A DNA stretch of 64,000 nucleotides, from NCBI GenBank assembly GCA_963807605.1, contig CAWECG010000003.1, positions 256,001-320,000 of the forward strand, in the 5' to 3' direction. The stretch comes from Candidatus Bathyarchaeota archaeon. Lineage in GTDB: Archaea > Thermoproteota > Bathyarchaeia > 40CM-2-53-6 > RBG-13-38-9. A program made the translations under genes and the position numbers. This document shows, piece by piece, positions 50,059 to 60,665 of the stretch (position 1 is its first letter; each line of letters starts with the position of its first letter). The notes under the pieces are model-generated. The model was not told where the DNA came from and ran no database searches. It saw only the letters and a program-made list of their open reading frames with translations.

Positions 50059-50571
50059 ATGAATAATGTCAATTTGGATCAGATGCAGAAATTCGTAGAG
50101 GCCGTGAAAAAGGACCAAAAACAAGCACTGAAAGAGAAAAGCGTCACGGGCGAATGGATTCTGCAAGAAGGCAAACCTCAGTTCGTCGCCGAGCTTCCCT
50201 ATCAGAAAGGCAAGATCTTATTGAGCTGTGAGATGCCTCCATTCGCTGGCGGATGGGGAAGCAGCCCCGACCCCCTGCAATACTGCCTCTACGGGTTGGC
50301 CGCTTGCTTTGCAACAACTCTGGTGGCCACAGCGACAAGTGAGAATATTGAATTGAAAACCCTACGGGTCACCGCCGAGAATAAAGTGGATCTCAGAAAA
50401 CAGCTGGGGCTCTCAAAGGAACCTATAATACAGAAAGTCGGACTGAAGGTTCACGTGGACGCTGACGTTCCAAGAGCCACCTTAGAACGGCTTGTAAAAC
50501 TGACTGAGGAACGTTGCCCAGGAACAGAATGCGTCACACGAAGCATACCACTTTCCGCCGAACTAGAGTAG
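50059..50571 (+). CDS. OsmC-family protein
   Basis: PPFAGG...PDPLQYCLYGLAAC ... ERCP. Confidence 0.88.
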   Translation: MNNVNLDQMQKFVEAVKKDQKQALKEKSVTGEWILQEGKPQFVAELPYQKGKILLSCEMPPFAGGWGSSPDPLQYCLYGLAACFATTLVATATSENIELKTLRVTAENKVDLRKQLGLSKEPIIQKVGLKVHVDADVPRATLERLVKLTEERCPGTECVTRSIPLSAELE

Positions 50572-50588
50572 TTTGGAGGTGGATCTGA

Positions 50589-50879
50589 ATGTGTTTTGCA
50601 TGCGGATTGGGCGGCCCACTCCTAGGATTTGCCGGAGGGTACCTAGTGGGGAGAAAGACCGTTCCAAGAACGGAACACCCACATCCTAGCAGATACTGCC
50701 AGAATTGCGGCACAAGCATCGACGCAACGTCGAGGTTCTGCTCATATTGCGGTAAGGAACAGCTTACCTATGGGGCCTCTTACAGCGACAGAGGAGCAAT
50801 CGAGATTCTTAAAGAGCGTTACGCTAGAGGCGAGATCTCCACAGAAGAATTCCAGAAGATGAAGAGAGAAGTAGCATAG
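50589..50879 (+). CDS. Zinc-ribbon plus SHOCT protein
   Basis: CQNCG...FCSYCG, AIEILKERYARGEIS. Confidence 0.82.
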   Translation: MCFACGLGGPLLGFAGGYLVGRKTVPRTEHPHPSRYCQNCGTSIDATSRFCSYCGKEQLTYGASYSDRGAIEILKERYARGEISTEEFQKMKREVA

Positions 50880-50954
50880 CTGGCTCATGAAGACTTGACA
50901 TCACCAGTGTCAACATCGGCACTTGGACCAACTTGGTGAGGCGATTTGGATTCT

Positions 50955-51422
50955 CTGTATGAAGTGATGAAGTTCCTTCATATCCTACCCGTGGTCTTCA
51001 TGTCCGCTCCTCTTTACAACAATAGTAGTAGGTGAGAGGGCCCGACTAGAAAAGCACCGATCCAAGTTGACAGATACCTTGAGAACGTTCTTAGAGGCAA
51101 CTCAACCCGCTGCTACATCTACCAGTTGACTGCACTCTTTACTGGCGTATTTCTAGTTGCTATACACGGTGACCCACTTTCATCGATCTTTACGAATAAA
51201 GTCATCCTCTTGAAGGGGATATTTCTTGGCGTATTGATGAGCATGCTGTCGATCGTTCATTTCCACATACAGCCAACTATAGATGAACTCCTCTCAAGAG
51301 TAAACAAAGAGAGTATTCCAGAAGATGTTGCTCGCAAACTTATCCCGTTAAGCACCTTCAGAAAAAGGATGGCAGCACACGCTTTAGAGGCGGATTCTAT
51401 TCCTACGGCAAGCGATTCATAG
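50955..51422 (+). pseudogene. Frameshifted membrane protein remnant
   Basis: KFLHIL..VFMSAPLYN / frameshifts / VDRYLENVLRGN...LSIVHFHIQP; limits approximate. Confidence 0.5.
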
Positions 51423-52164
51423 AGAAACTTCCAATCAAGATCCCTGGCAAAGGGGATGAAGAAACGAAGACTATCGAGTCGTTAGTGCATAGAGCAATCG
51501 AGCTCAGAAAGATGAGACGCAGGCTTCTCTCTCTGTGGAAGACAACATCAATCACAATGAAAAATAGCGAACGCACATTGGCGGCCTTGCTTTCGCAAGA
51601 TGCAACCAACACAAGAGAGCGTAAGTTTCAGGACACATGGTCTCGGACTGTTCCCTTCTATCCTAAGGGGAATAACGAGGCATTGGCAAAACGAGTTGGA
51701 TAGGCAGAATGTGGGCTTGGGCTCATAACACATCAATGTATGGCTGCCTGAATATTCCCGCCAGTAAACTCTTCGACCCAAAGGACGCTGAAATCGCCAT
51801 ATACTACGGGGACGAAGTACTGAAGAATTGCACGCTAATTTTCTACTCTGTTAGAGATGGTCGAACGAAGATTAAATCCCCACCGTCACAGAAAGACGCT
51901 AGGAATTGACGCAGGCTAGTCTGGCTCAAGAGGACATCAACTTGCCTGAATCGTCCGAGCATGAAGCTCTGAAGAAGTTGCTTGAAGCCAAGCTAAGATA
52001 ATGGTTTGGCTTAGCCATAACTGAATATCCATCATCAGGACATGAATTGGATGTCGTCGGGGTAACTCCTGAAGGGCTCAAGATATACGTTGGTGATTTG
52101 GTCACACTCACAAGCCCAGTTCCATAAAGATATGAGCATGCTCCAGCACTGACGCGAACATGAA

Positions 52165-52320
52165 CTTTCCAAGAATATGTTGGTTGATGTCTTCAGTAAA
52201 GAAAAAAATCGCAGTCTGGTCACCATTCACTACGTAAAGGAAAACTCCGTTGTTTTAGATCTCAACCATCCTCTAGTTGGAAGGACTTTGGTTCACATCA
52301 AGGTAGTGCACATATTTCCA
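52165..52320 (+). pseudogene. C-terminal remnant of a SlyD-type FKBP PPIase
   Basis: VTIHYVKENSVVLDLNHPLVGRTL. Confidence 0.6.
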
Positions 52321-52332
52321 AGGCGCGTGTAA

Positions 52333-53103
52333 TCACCAAGATCTGCGTTGAAACCATTGACTTTTTAACGCTAGGATCCAGCAAACGTAAGCTGAAAGAA
52401 GGATAAGAAGAGCGTAGGCGACGAGATCTAAATATCTGAAGGCTTCAACGACTCTACTCCAAGATGATCCAAGCAACCAACCTAAATAGACAAGTATAAA
52501 ATTCCAAGTCAGACAACCTAGAGCAGTGTATATTACAAATTTTGGCCTGCTCATCCTATAGGCTCCGGCTGGAAATGAGATAAGAACTCTCGCTGCTGGA
52601 ACCAAACGGAAAAGAGCCACAGCCCCAGTTCCATAGCGATTGAACCACATGTGAATTCTTTGAAGATGATCAGAACTAACGAATGGTATCTTTTTTGATG
52701 TAAGAAGAGGCGCACCAATTATCCATCCAATATAATAGTCTACGAAAGACCCGATAAGCGCTGCAACAACACTCAACAATACCACAGGCCAGAAACTTAG
52801 AGTCCCTTTCCAAACCAAATACCCTGCAAAGGGCAAGATTATCTCGCTAGGCACGGGCAAAGCCGCAGCCTCCAGCAACATTAAGATGAATATGCCACCG
52901 TAACCAGCACTAGAAGCGAAACCAATAGCACCAATTTGCAGAGAGGCTGCAAAGGAAACTAGTAATTGAGTTCCTTGAGTGCCACCTATCTCCGCAATGT
53001 CTTCGAGGTATTCGAGTGAGAACAACATGGCCAAGATAAATATCAGGACTACTACGGCGAGTTTTCGATGACGACCTAGCGTAGCGGCAGTCTTGGAGAC
53101 CAA
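52333..53103 (-). CDS. DedA family membrane protein
   Basis: LEAAALPVPSEIILPFAG, FNRYG, FRLVPAARVLISFPAG. Confidence 0.92.
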   Translation of the reverse strand: MVSKTAATLGRHRKLAVVVLIFILAMLFSLEYLEDIAEIGGTQGTQLLVSFAASLQIGAIGFASSAGYGGIFILMLLEAAALPVPSEIILPFAGYLVWKGTLSFWPVVLLSVVAALIGSFVDYYIGWIIGAPLLTSKKIPFVSSDHLQRIHMWFNRYGTGAVALFRLVPAARVLISFPAGAYRMSRPKFVIYTALGCLTWNFILVYLGWLLGSSWSRVVEAFRYLDLVAYALLILLSAYVCWILALKSQWFQRRSW

Positions 53104-53325
53104 CCTACATCTCTCGGTCCTTTAGTGTAGTCGTCACGCCGTCTTAACGCGTGCTTTCAAAAGCAGAACCTACATTCCAATCTTAACTCTTTGCATACGT
53201 TATCCGCCTTCATTTTGAAGTTCTGGTAGTAGTCACTTCTTCCTAGGAGTATGTCTTGCCAGTCCTTGTGAAGATGTGGAAAGTTGCTCTGCAGGAGTCT
53301 TTCGAGAGTGAACTAGCTACCAACA

Positions 53326-53845
53326 TGTGTCAGTGATAAAAAGATCTTGATTAATGAAGAGTTGGGGTTAGTTGATTGGATACCGTTCTCAAAAGAAGAA
53401 GATGGATCGTTCACAGAAAGCTGGAAGGTTAGAGAACGATTGAAGTCGCTACGGCTCTGGGGATAGATGAGAGGAGAGTCTACCGTTGGTGGAGTGTCTA
53501 CCGGAAATATGGGTGGGAGGGTTACAGGCCAAGTCTAGAAAGCCTCACCGATACTACAAGGCTCCACAGTCAACAGTGAACCTCATCATAGAGCTCAGAC
53601 GAAGTAAACGTTGGGGACCGAACAAGATAGAAGGCTACCTATGCAACTACAGACCTAAAGGAATAGTGCCTGTAAGCTATAGAACCATCCATCGAATACT
53701 GGTCGAAGCCGGATTGAACAATCCAATCCCCGCTCCGAGAAAGACCTGGGGCAAACATAGATTCGAGCGTTTATATAGCAACAGCCTATGGCAAGCCGTC
53801 AAATTCTGGTGGTGGGTATCTTTTGATGAGGGCGTCCAAATTTGA
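53326..53845 (+). mobile_element. Truncated IS481-like element (transposase pseudogene)
   Basis: 5'-TGT end at 53326; HTH (VYRWW..Y..YG.EGL..KSRKPH), WGPNKI, TIHRIL, RFER...NSLWQ; internal stop, frameshift, no DDE core. Confidence 0.75.
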
Positions 53846-53997
53846 ACCGTTAGGCACTAGTACTAATTGCTGCATCCAGTAAATTCATTTGACCAAGCGC
53901 GATGTAATGATGCGCCCGCCGGTATGCACACCTATTCATTGCCATTAAAGCGAACCGCGAGTTAACATACTAGGCAACGAAAAGGAGGTGAACACGT

Positions 53998-54141
53998 TTG
54001 GCGAAAGATCCCGTATGTGGAATGAACGTAGATGAGAAGACGGCTAAGATCAAATCAGAATATAGTGGAAAGTCATACTACTTCTGCAATCTGGCATGCA
54101 AACAGACTTTTGACAAGAATCCGAGTAAATTCACAAAGTAG
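53998..54141 (+). CDS. YHS/TRASH-domain metallochaperone (47 aa, below ORF-track cutoff)
   Basis: MAKDPVCGMNVDEK...YYFCNLACKQTFDKNP; strong SD AGGAGGTG upstream of TTG. Confidence 0.88.
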   Translation: MAKDPVCGMNVDEKTAKIKSEYSGKSYYFCNLACKQTFDKNPSKFTK

Positions 54142-54206
54142 AGCTGTAATGAAGCATCACTAGCTAGACAGAGCCTTCTTCTTATATGAAATGGTTATGT
54201 TAGATT

Positions 54207-56297
54207 CTAGAGTTTTGGCTTGAACCTGTTCAGCAGCAGTGAGTTGCTTACCACGGTGACAGAACTGAATGCCATTGCTCCGGCCGCTAGGAAAGGAAGA
54301 ACATTGTAGATCTGTGGACCGAAGAAGGGAACCAAGCCTCCTGCAGCAACAGGAATCAGGCCGATGTTGTAGAAGAACGCCCAAAAGAGGTTCTGCTTTA
54401 TCTTAGCAACAGTCTTCCGACTGAGTTCTATAGCGGTGACTACTCCTCTCAAATCATCTCTAATGAGGACTACCCCGCTAGTCTCTTTTGCTACATCTGT
54501 TCCGCTCCCAATTGCAATTCCGAGGTCTGCTTTCGCCAATGCGGGTGCATCGTTGACACCGTCTCCCACCATTCCGACCCTGTTGCCTCCTTCTTTGAGC
54601 TTGTCGATGACCTCCACTTTCTGGTGTGGCAAGACATTAGCGATAACCTTCTGTATCCCGAGCTTCTTCGCAATAGAGTTGGCTGTACGCTCATTATCTC
54701 CCGTCAACATGACGACCTCGATTCCCATATCTCTGAGTTGTTGAATTGCTTCAACCGAATACTCCTTCAGTGTATCAGCCACCGCAATTAGGCCGACGAG
54801 GCGTTCGTCTGAGGCCTCCATCATCACTGTTTTTCCGTCTTCCTCCAATCGTCTAATCTTTTTTTCAGCAGTCTCGAAGATGATTCCATTTTCCGTCATC
54901 AGTGTTCTGTTGCCCAGGAGAACTCTGTGTCCGGAAATCTCGGCTAAGACTCCTTTCCCAGGGATTGCTTCGAAAGACTCAGCTTCCTCGATTAGCAGTT
55001 GTTTCTCTGTGGCTGCTCTTACTATGGCTTCGCCAAGTGGGTGCTCTGATCCTTTCTCAGCAACGGCGGCCAGCCGCAGAATCTCATCTTCGGGCAGGTC
55101 ACTTGTTACAGCTATGTCTGTGACTGATGGTTGGCCTTTTGTCAGAGTTCCAGTCTTGTCGAAGACAAGCGTTTTCACGCGGTGTGCCATCTCAAGGTTC
55201 TCTCCTCCTTTGAAGAGTACTCCGCTTTCGGCTGCTTTCCCTGTTCCAACCATAAGTGCCGCGGGAGTGGCTATTCCCAATGCGCAGGGACATGCGATGA
55301 CAATGACTGAGACAAAGGATAGAAGCGCAAAGTTCAGTCCTATTCTTCCAACGAAATACCAACCTAGGGCAGACGTTGTAGCGATGATGATTACTGCGGG
55401 AACAAAATATGCCGCTATCTGATCTGCTATTCGTTGAATTGGAGCTCTTCCCGCCTGAGCCTCTTCGACCATTTTCACTATATGGGCTAGGACTGTATCC
55501 TGACCTATCTTTTCGGCCCTGATCTTAACCATTCCTGCTTTGTTTGTTGTTGCACCTATGACTTCATCGCCTGTTTTTCTTTCAACTGGCATGCTTTCTC
55601 CGGTGATCATTGACTCGTCCACCGATGTGTGCCCAGTTACGACTACTGCGTCTACTGGAATCCTCTCTCCGGGTCTTACTGCCAGTTCATCTCCGACAGA
55701 GACTTGCTCAACCGGAATCTCCGTCTCTTGCCCATTCTTGACCAAGCGGGCCATGGTTGGTTGAAGATCCATAAGACGTCTGACCGCTTCTGACGCCCTG
55801 CTCTTGGTGAGGTGCTCAAGATATCGGCCCATCAGGATGAGAGTTATGATTGCAGCTGACGTGTCGAAATAAGGCATTACCTCCTGTATTGGCAGTATTC
55901 TCGGAAAGAAGACGACTACAGTGCTGTAGGCCCATGCAGCCGTAGTTCCCAGAGCGATCAGCGTATCCATGTTGCCCATACGTGCCTTGATCGAGTGGTA
56001 CAAGCCACGGTAGAACCTGAAACCTATGATGAACTGTATTGGCGTAGTGAGGACGAAAAGAACCAAGAGTCGGACTTGCATAGGCAAAATCTGAAGGTAT
56101 GTTAGAGCGATCACAGGCACTGTGAGGACTACCGAAATGGCCAGAGATATCTTCAGCCGTTTAATCTCACGTTCCGGAGCAATAAACTCGTCAAGACATG
56201 ATTTGCTGCAGAAATAGTAGGTTGTTCCACGAACCACTGCCTTAAGTTCCGCAGTTTTTTCATCCACATACATTCCACAGATTGGATCTTTGGCCAT
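54207..56297 (-). CDS. copA: Copper-translocating P1B-1 ATPase with N-terminal YHS/TRASH domain
   Basis: DPICGM..YYFC, TGES, CPC, DKTGT, HP, GDGVND, YN and MxxSS. Confidence 0.93.
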   Translation of the reverse strand: MAKDPICGMYVDEKTAELKAVVRGTTYYFCSKSCLDEFIAPEREIKRLKISLAISVVLTVPVIALTYLQILPMQVRLLVLFVLTTPIQFIIGFRFYRGLYHSIKARMGNMDTLIALGTTAAWAYSTVVVFFPRILPIQEVMPYFDTSAAIITLILMGRYLEHLTKSRASEAVRRLMDLQPTMARLVKNGQETEIPVEQVSVGDELAVRPGERIPVDAVVVTGHTSVDESMITGESMPVERKTGDEVIGATTNKAGMVKIRAEKIGQDTVLAHIVKMVEEAQAGRAPIQRIADQIAAYFVPAVIIIATTSALGWYFVGRIGLNFALLSFVSVIVIACPCALGIATPAALMVGTGKAAESGVLFKGGENLEMAHRVKTLVFDKTGTLTKGQPSVTDIAVTSDLPEDEILRLAAVAEKGSEHPLGEAIVRAATEKQLLIEEAESFEAIPGKGVLAEISGHRVLLGNRTLMTENGIIFETAEKKIRRLEEDGKTVMMEASDERLVGLIAVADTLKEYSVEAIQQLRDMGIEVVMLTGDNERTANSIAKKLGIQKVIANVLPHQKVEVIDKLKEGGNRVGMVGDGVNDAPALAKADLGIAIGSGTDVAKETSGVVLIRDDLRGVVTAIELSRKTVAKIKQNLFWAFFYNIGLIPVAAGGLVPFFGPQIYNVLPFLAAGAMAFSSVTVVSNSLLLNRFKPKL

Positions 56298-56331
56298 TAC
56301 CGATCCCTTAAATCATCGAAGGCTACAAAAG

Positions 56332-57410
56332 TGCTGTGTTGCATGACTAGACATTTTTGTTTATGGATGTAGGTTTGAGTTTTCGGTTTATTGACGTGGA
56401 AGTGGTTGGATGATCTATATTGCCTGTGAGAGAACTATTCCACGATTGTGATTGGCTGCTAGAGATTGGAGACGCATCAATGAGGGTCTCGTGAAGCGTG
56501 GGGAGATCCTGCTTGACCCACGCATCCTTGACAGGTGGAACATTGAGCTTGAAAAGATGAATACTGGGAAGGAAGGTGGACAATACGTCTACCCTGAGAT
56601 CTTCATCAGGCTTCTAGGCTACATGCACCTGCTATTCCACCTACCCTACAGGCAGACAGAAGGATTCCTCAAAGCCCTGAGAAGATTCGACTCAAGGATC
56701 CATGTGCCTGACTATTCAACCATAGATAGACGCGTGAACAGGTTAGATGTGAAGCTGGATGAGAAAGATTATGGCGACGACATAGTCCTGGCGGTGGACG
56801 CATCAGGCATCAAGGTGGCTAACCACGGCGAATGGATACGCCATAAATGGAAGGTGAGACGCGGATACCTCAAGATCCATATCGCCGTTGATGTAAAGCG
56901 GAAGAAGATACTCGCCTTGAAGGTGACGGATGAGAAGACAGGTGACGGAGGGATGCTCCAGCCGCTTGTTGATGAAGCCTCCAAGAAAGGTAAGGTCGCC
57001 AAGGCAATTGGCGACGGAGCATACGATATGAAAAGCAACTTCCGCTATCTCAACGCAAAAGGGATTGAGCCAGCCATCAAGGTGCGCAAGAACACATCCA
57101 GCAGGGCCGGAGGATGCATGCCCAGAAAGCTCGTAGCCCAAGAATACCTCAAAGACCCTGAAGCCTGGAAACACAATCATGGCTACGGGTATAGATGGAT
57201 GGCTGAATCAGCCTTCTCATCGCTGAAGCGAACCTTCGGAGAATACGTCTCAGCCAAAACGATGCAAAACATGGCACAGGAGATGATGATCAAAGCCTCA
57301 CTATACAACATGCTGATAGAAACAACCACAGCAACACACGGCTAGACGAAACCTGAAGACAGCCAACAAAAGCGAAAAACATCACTGAAACCTAGTCGCG
57401 CAACACAGCA
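56332..57410 (+). mobile_element. IS5-family (ISH1-group-like) insertion sequence, 1079 bp
   Basis: 19-bp TIRs tgctgtgttgcatgactag / tgctgtgttgcgcgactag (17/19); 8-bp target duplication tacaaaag at 56324-56331 and 57411-57418. Confidence 0.93.
56452..57345 (+). CDS. IS5-family transposase
   Basis: NEGLVKRGE, PDYSTI, DASGIK, YLKIH, GDGAYD, YGYRWMAESAFS. Confidence 0.95.
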   Translation: MAARDWRRINEGLVKRGEILLDPRILDRWNIELEKMNTGKEGGQYVYPEIFIRLLGYMHLLFHLPYRQTEGFLKALRRFDSRIHVPDYSTIDRRVNRLDVKLDEKDYGDDIVLAVDASGIKVANHGEWIRHKWKVRRGYLKIHIAVDVKRKKILALKVTDEKTGDGGMLQPLVDEASKKGKVAKAIGDGAYDMKSNFRYLNAKGIEPAIKVRKNTSSRAGGCMPRKLVAQEYLKDPEAWKHNHGYGYRWMAESAFSSLKRTFGEYVSAKTMQNMAQEMMIKASLYNMLIETTTATHG

Positions 57411-58106
57411 TACAAAAGATCAACTATATAACAGCAAATCTTCTGCGCACTCGGTATTCACCTCAATAAGGATCGAGCTCCCGCGGGCCCGCTACCATTC
57501 AGATCCAGTGTGTGGGAGACAGGAGAGCATGGATCCCCGCCCAGTTCATCAACTACAGCTATATCGAGCTGATCTTAAGCTTGTCTTCGGCTCCCATTCC
57601 GTTCTCTTTCGTCTGAAAATCCGCTTGGTTGACAGTTCTAAACAACAGTTTAAAGCTATCCCGGTCCACCACAATTTTTTCGGCCTATCGGAAAATTCGG
57701 TTCTTGAGTTCTCGTGGATGTAGACGCTTAGCGTCCTAAGAGGTGACAACATTAGAGGTCTAAGAAAAAGCCTTCCTTACATCTTTGCAGAAACACGGCA
57801 AATGTCAGAGGAGGCGGCATCTCTCCCTAATAGCTCGAAGACACACACACTAGCGCCCCAATAGAGGACATATTAGGGTGCGTTAAGATGACACCACATC
57901 TATATTTGGTTGACATGATCTTAATATTGGAATACTACATGCTCCTAAGCGTACTCTCTCCTTTTGGATCAAACGAAGATAATTGAGGTTTGAGGGCAAT
58001 GGATGAGTTAGAGGCCATACGTGCAAGAAAGACTGGATTCCGCTTTTTTGGTACTAAATGAGGAGAAACTTGATAGAATCGCAGTCAACATAACTACTAG
58101 AATAAT

Positions 58107-58766
58107 ATGAAGCAGAAGGACATCCCGCTAAAGGAGAAGAGGAGAATCTCCAACATCTTAGAGATTCTCGAAAAAACCTACCCCACCGCCAAGGTCGCCC
58201 TGAACTTCTCGAACCCGCTTGAGATACTTGTCGCAACGATTCTTTCAGCCCAGTGTACCGATAAAAGAGTGAACTTAGTAACACAAGAGCTTTTCAAGAA
58301 GTACAAGACTCCAGAGGATTACGCGAATAGCGATATCAAAGAATTAGAAAGCGACATCAAAACCTCTGGATTCTACAGGGCCAAATCCAAGAACATAAGA
58401 AATGCCTGCAAAATGATTGTTGAGAAGTTCAATTCCAAAGTCCCCAAGACGATGGAAGAGCTTACAACGCTACCAGGAGTTGGCAGGAAGACTGCGAATA
58501 TCGTCCTCTCAAATGCTTACGGTATTGTCGAGGGAATAGCTGTAGACACACATGTTGCACGAGTCAGCAAGAGGCTTGGCTTGACAAAGTGGGACGACCC
58601 AGACAAGATCGAGCAAGACCTGATGAGAATAATACCAAGAGAACTCTGGTTTTACTTCACCTATCGAACCATAGAACATGGCAGAAACATTTGCATGGCA
58701 AGAAGACCGCTCTGTGCTAGCTGCTCACTTAACAAGGTCTGTCCTTCAGCATTCAAATTCGACTAG
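58107..58766 (+). CDS. nth: Endonuclease III
   Basis: LSAQCTD, Hh[16 protein letters not shown], CxxxxxxCxxCxxxxxC. Confidence 0.96.
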   Translation: MKQKDIPLKEKRRISNILEILEKTYPTAKVALNFSNPLEILVATILSAQCTDKRVNLVTQELFKKYKTPEDYANSDIKELESDIKTSGFYRAKSKNIRNACKMIVEKFNSKVPKTMEELTTLPGVGRKTANIVLSNAYGIVEGIAVDTHVARVSKRLGLTKWDDPDKIEQDLMRIIPRELWFYFTYRTIEHGRNICMARRPLCASCSLNKVCPSAFKFD

Positions 58767-58779
58767 AGATGTGCCTCTA

Positions 58780-59241
58780 ATGAGCCTCAAAGAGTACCAA
58801 TCTAAACGAGACTTTGAGAAGACCGAAGAACCGGCAGGCTCTGTCAGACCCACTCCACCTAGAGAACTGGTATACGTCATCCAAAGACACCAAGCAACCC
58901 ACCTTCACTATGACCTTCGGCTCGAAATGAACGGGGTCCTCAGAAGCTGGGCCTTACCAAAGGGCCCTCCTCTGCAAGCCAACGTAAAGAGACTGGCTGT
59001 ACAGGTGGAAGACCATCCGCTCGAGTATGGAAGCTTTGAAGGAACTATCCCAGAAGGGGAATATGGAGCTGGAAAGGTTGAGGTTTGGGATAGTGGAACC
59101 TACAAGCCCATCGAAGTCGACGAGAACAAGGTGATAGTCACCATCGAAGGACGAAAGTTGCAAGGGGATTACTGCCTCATCAAACTCAGGCCTACGACGG
59201 ACCCGAAGAACTGGCTATTCTTCAAGAAGAAGACAAAATGA
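58780..59241 (+). CDS. Stand-alone LigD 3'-phosphoesterase (PE) domain protein
   Basis: [58 protein letters not shown]. Confidence 0.93.
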   Translation: MSLKEYQSKRDFEKTEEPAGSVRPTPPRELVYVIQRHQATHLHYDLRLEMNGVLRSWALPKGPPLQANVKRLAVQVEDHPLEYGSFEGTIPEGEYGAGKVEVWDSGTYKPIEVDENKVIVTIEGRKLQGDYCLIKLRPTTDPKNWLFFKKKTK

Positions 59242-59312
59242 CTCTCTGTCGTGGAAATTCAAAGCACCTTATATTCGCCCTCAAGGAAAGAAGAGACTCG
59301 TAGGGGTGCATA

Positions 59313-59513
59313 ATGCCAACGGTGAAAGTCGATTGGAAGAAATGTAATGGAAGCGCAACCTGCGTCGGAGTATGCCCAGTCAATGTCCTTGATATTCAAA
59401 ATCTACCTGAATACCCAGACACTCCCAAATCTGTGCCTGTGTGAGAGAAGGAGTGCATACTATTCATGGCTTGCGTCACAGCATGCCCAGTAGCGATCGA
59501 GGTTCAGGAATAG
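59313..59513 (+). pseudogene. Ferredoxin with in-frame TGA (59442-59444) and lost cluster Cys
   Basis: MPTVKVDWKKCNGSATCVGVCP...SVPV*EKECILFMACVTACP. Confidence 0.75.
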
Positions 59514-59596
59514 GTTTTACCCGAGCCCAATCCACAACCGTCTGAAGCCTCTTTCAAGACGTAACAGACATGAAGTCAATCGAAGGCGTCTAGATC

Positions 59597-60625
59597 GTGG
59601 TTGGTTTAGGCAGAAAGGAGGCTATGTTCTACGATGTTCTTGAGCAATCGACGGTGAAGTGTCGACTCTGCTACCAGCTATGCACGATCCCCGAGGGTAA
59701 GCGCGGCCTTTGCGGAGTCAGAGTCAACGAGGGAGGAAGTCTCTATACCCTAGTCTATGGCAAGGCCGCCGCGACTGGACTCGATCCAGTCGAGAAGAAG
59801 CCGCTATTTCACTTCCACCCTGGGACCTCGACATATTCAATATCTACTGTCGGATGCAACTTCAGGTGTAAAAACTGTCAGAATCATGAGATCTCTCAGA
59901 TGCCGAAGAATTACGGCCCAATAGTAGGCGAAGATCTTCCGCCCGAGGAAGTCGTTAAGGCCGCTAAGCGTTATGAATGCAAGAGCATAGCCTACACCTA
60001 CACTGAACCAGCTATCTTTTTCGAGTACGCATACGAGACAGCACGGCTCGCAAGCGAGGAGGGAATCAAAAATATCTTCGTCACAAACGGATACATATCT
60101 GAGGAAGCCCTGAGAACAATAAGGCCCTACCTTGATGCAGCTAATATAGACCTGAAAAGCTTCTCAGACGAGTTTTATAGAGAGAGCTGCGGTGCCCGAC
60201 TCCAACCAGTCCTTGACAACATTAAGCTACACAAAGAACTAGGGATATGGATAGAGATAACAACGCTCATAATACCAACCCTCAACGATTCGGAAGAGGA
60301 ACTGAGAAAAATTGCTAGATTCATAAAAGACGTTGGAGAGGAGATTCCTTGGCATGTCTCCAAGTTCTATCCAATGTACCAGCTTCTACAATTGCCAAGA
60401 ACACCAGTCTCAACCCTAGAAATGGCCCGGAAGGTTGGAATCGATGAGGGCCTGAGATACGTCTATGAAGGCAACGTTCCGGGAGCGGAAGGTGAGAATA
60501 CGTACTGCTACAAGTGCAAACAGAGATTGATACGCAGATTCGGATATGAGATTTTAGAGAACAATGTCAAAGACTCCAAGTGCCCCAAATGTGGAGCCGG
60601 TGTAGACGGCGCTGGACTCGCATAG
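59597..60625 (+). CDS. amrS: AmmeMemoRadiSam system radical SAM enzyme
   Basis: CRLC...GLCGVR, DPVEKKPLFHFHPG, CNFRCKNCQN, YTYTEP. Confidence 0.92.
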   Translation: MVGLGRKEAMFYDVLEQSTVKCRLCYQLCTIPEGKRGLCGVRVNEGGSLYTLVYGKAAATGLDPVEKKPLFHFHPGTSTYSISTVGCNFRCKNCQNHEISQMPKNYGPIVGEDLPPEEVVKAAKRYECKSIAYTYTEPAIFFEYAYETARLASEEGIKNIFVTNGYISEEALRTIRPYLDAANIDLKSFSDEFYRESCGARLQPVLDNIKLHKELGIWIEITTLIIPTLNDSEEELRKIARFIKDVGEEIPWHVSKFYPMYQLLQLPRTPVSTLEMARKVGIDEGLRYVYEGNVPGAEGENTYCYKCKQRLIRRFGYEILENNVKDSKCPKCGAGVDGAGLA

Positions 60626-60665
60626 ATTATGCTCAAGCTTTTATCAAAGCACAAGCGTATCTGTA

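Noticed and set aside
51423-52150. Short ORFs between the SHOCT operon and dedA
   Set aside because: They look like decayed coding sequence, but no family could be assigned with confidence.
59442-59444. In-frame TGA in the ferredoxin read as selenocysteine
   Set aside because: The codon is at a non-Cys position (SVPV*EKEC, usually Arg/Asn), another cluster Cys is mutated (CILF), and no SECIS-like hairpin was recognised; a pseudogene is more likely.
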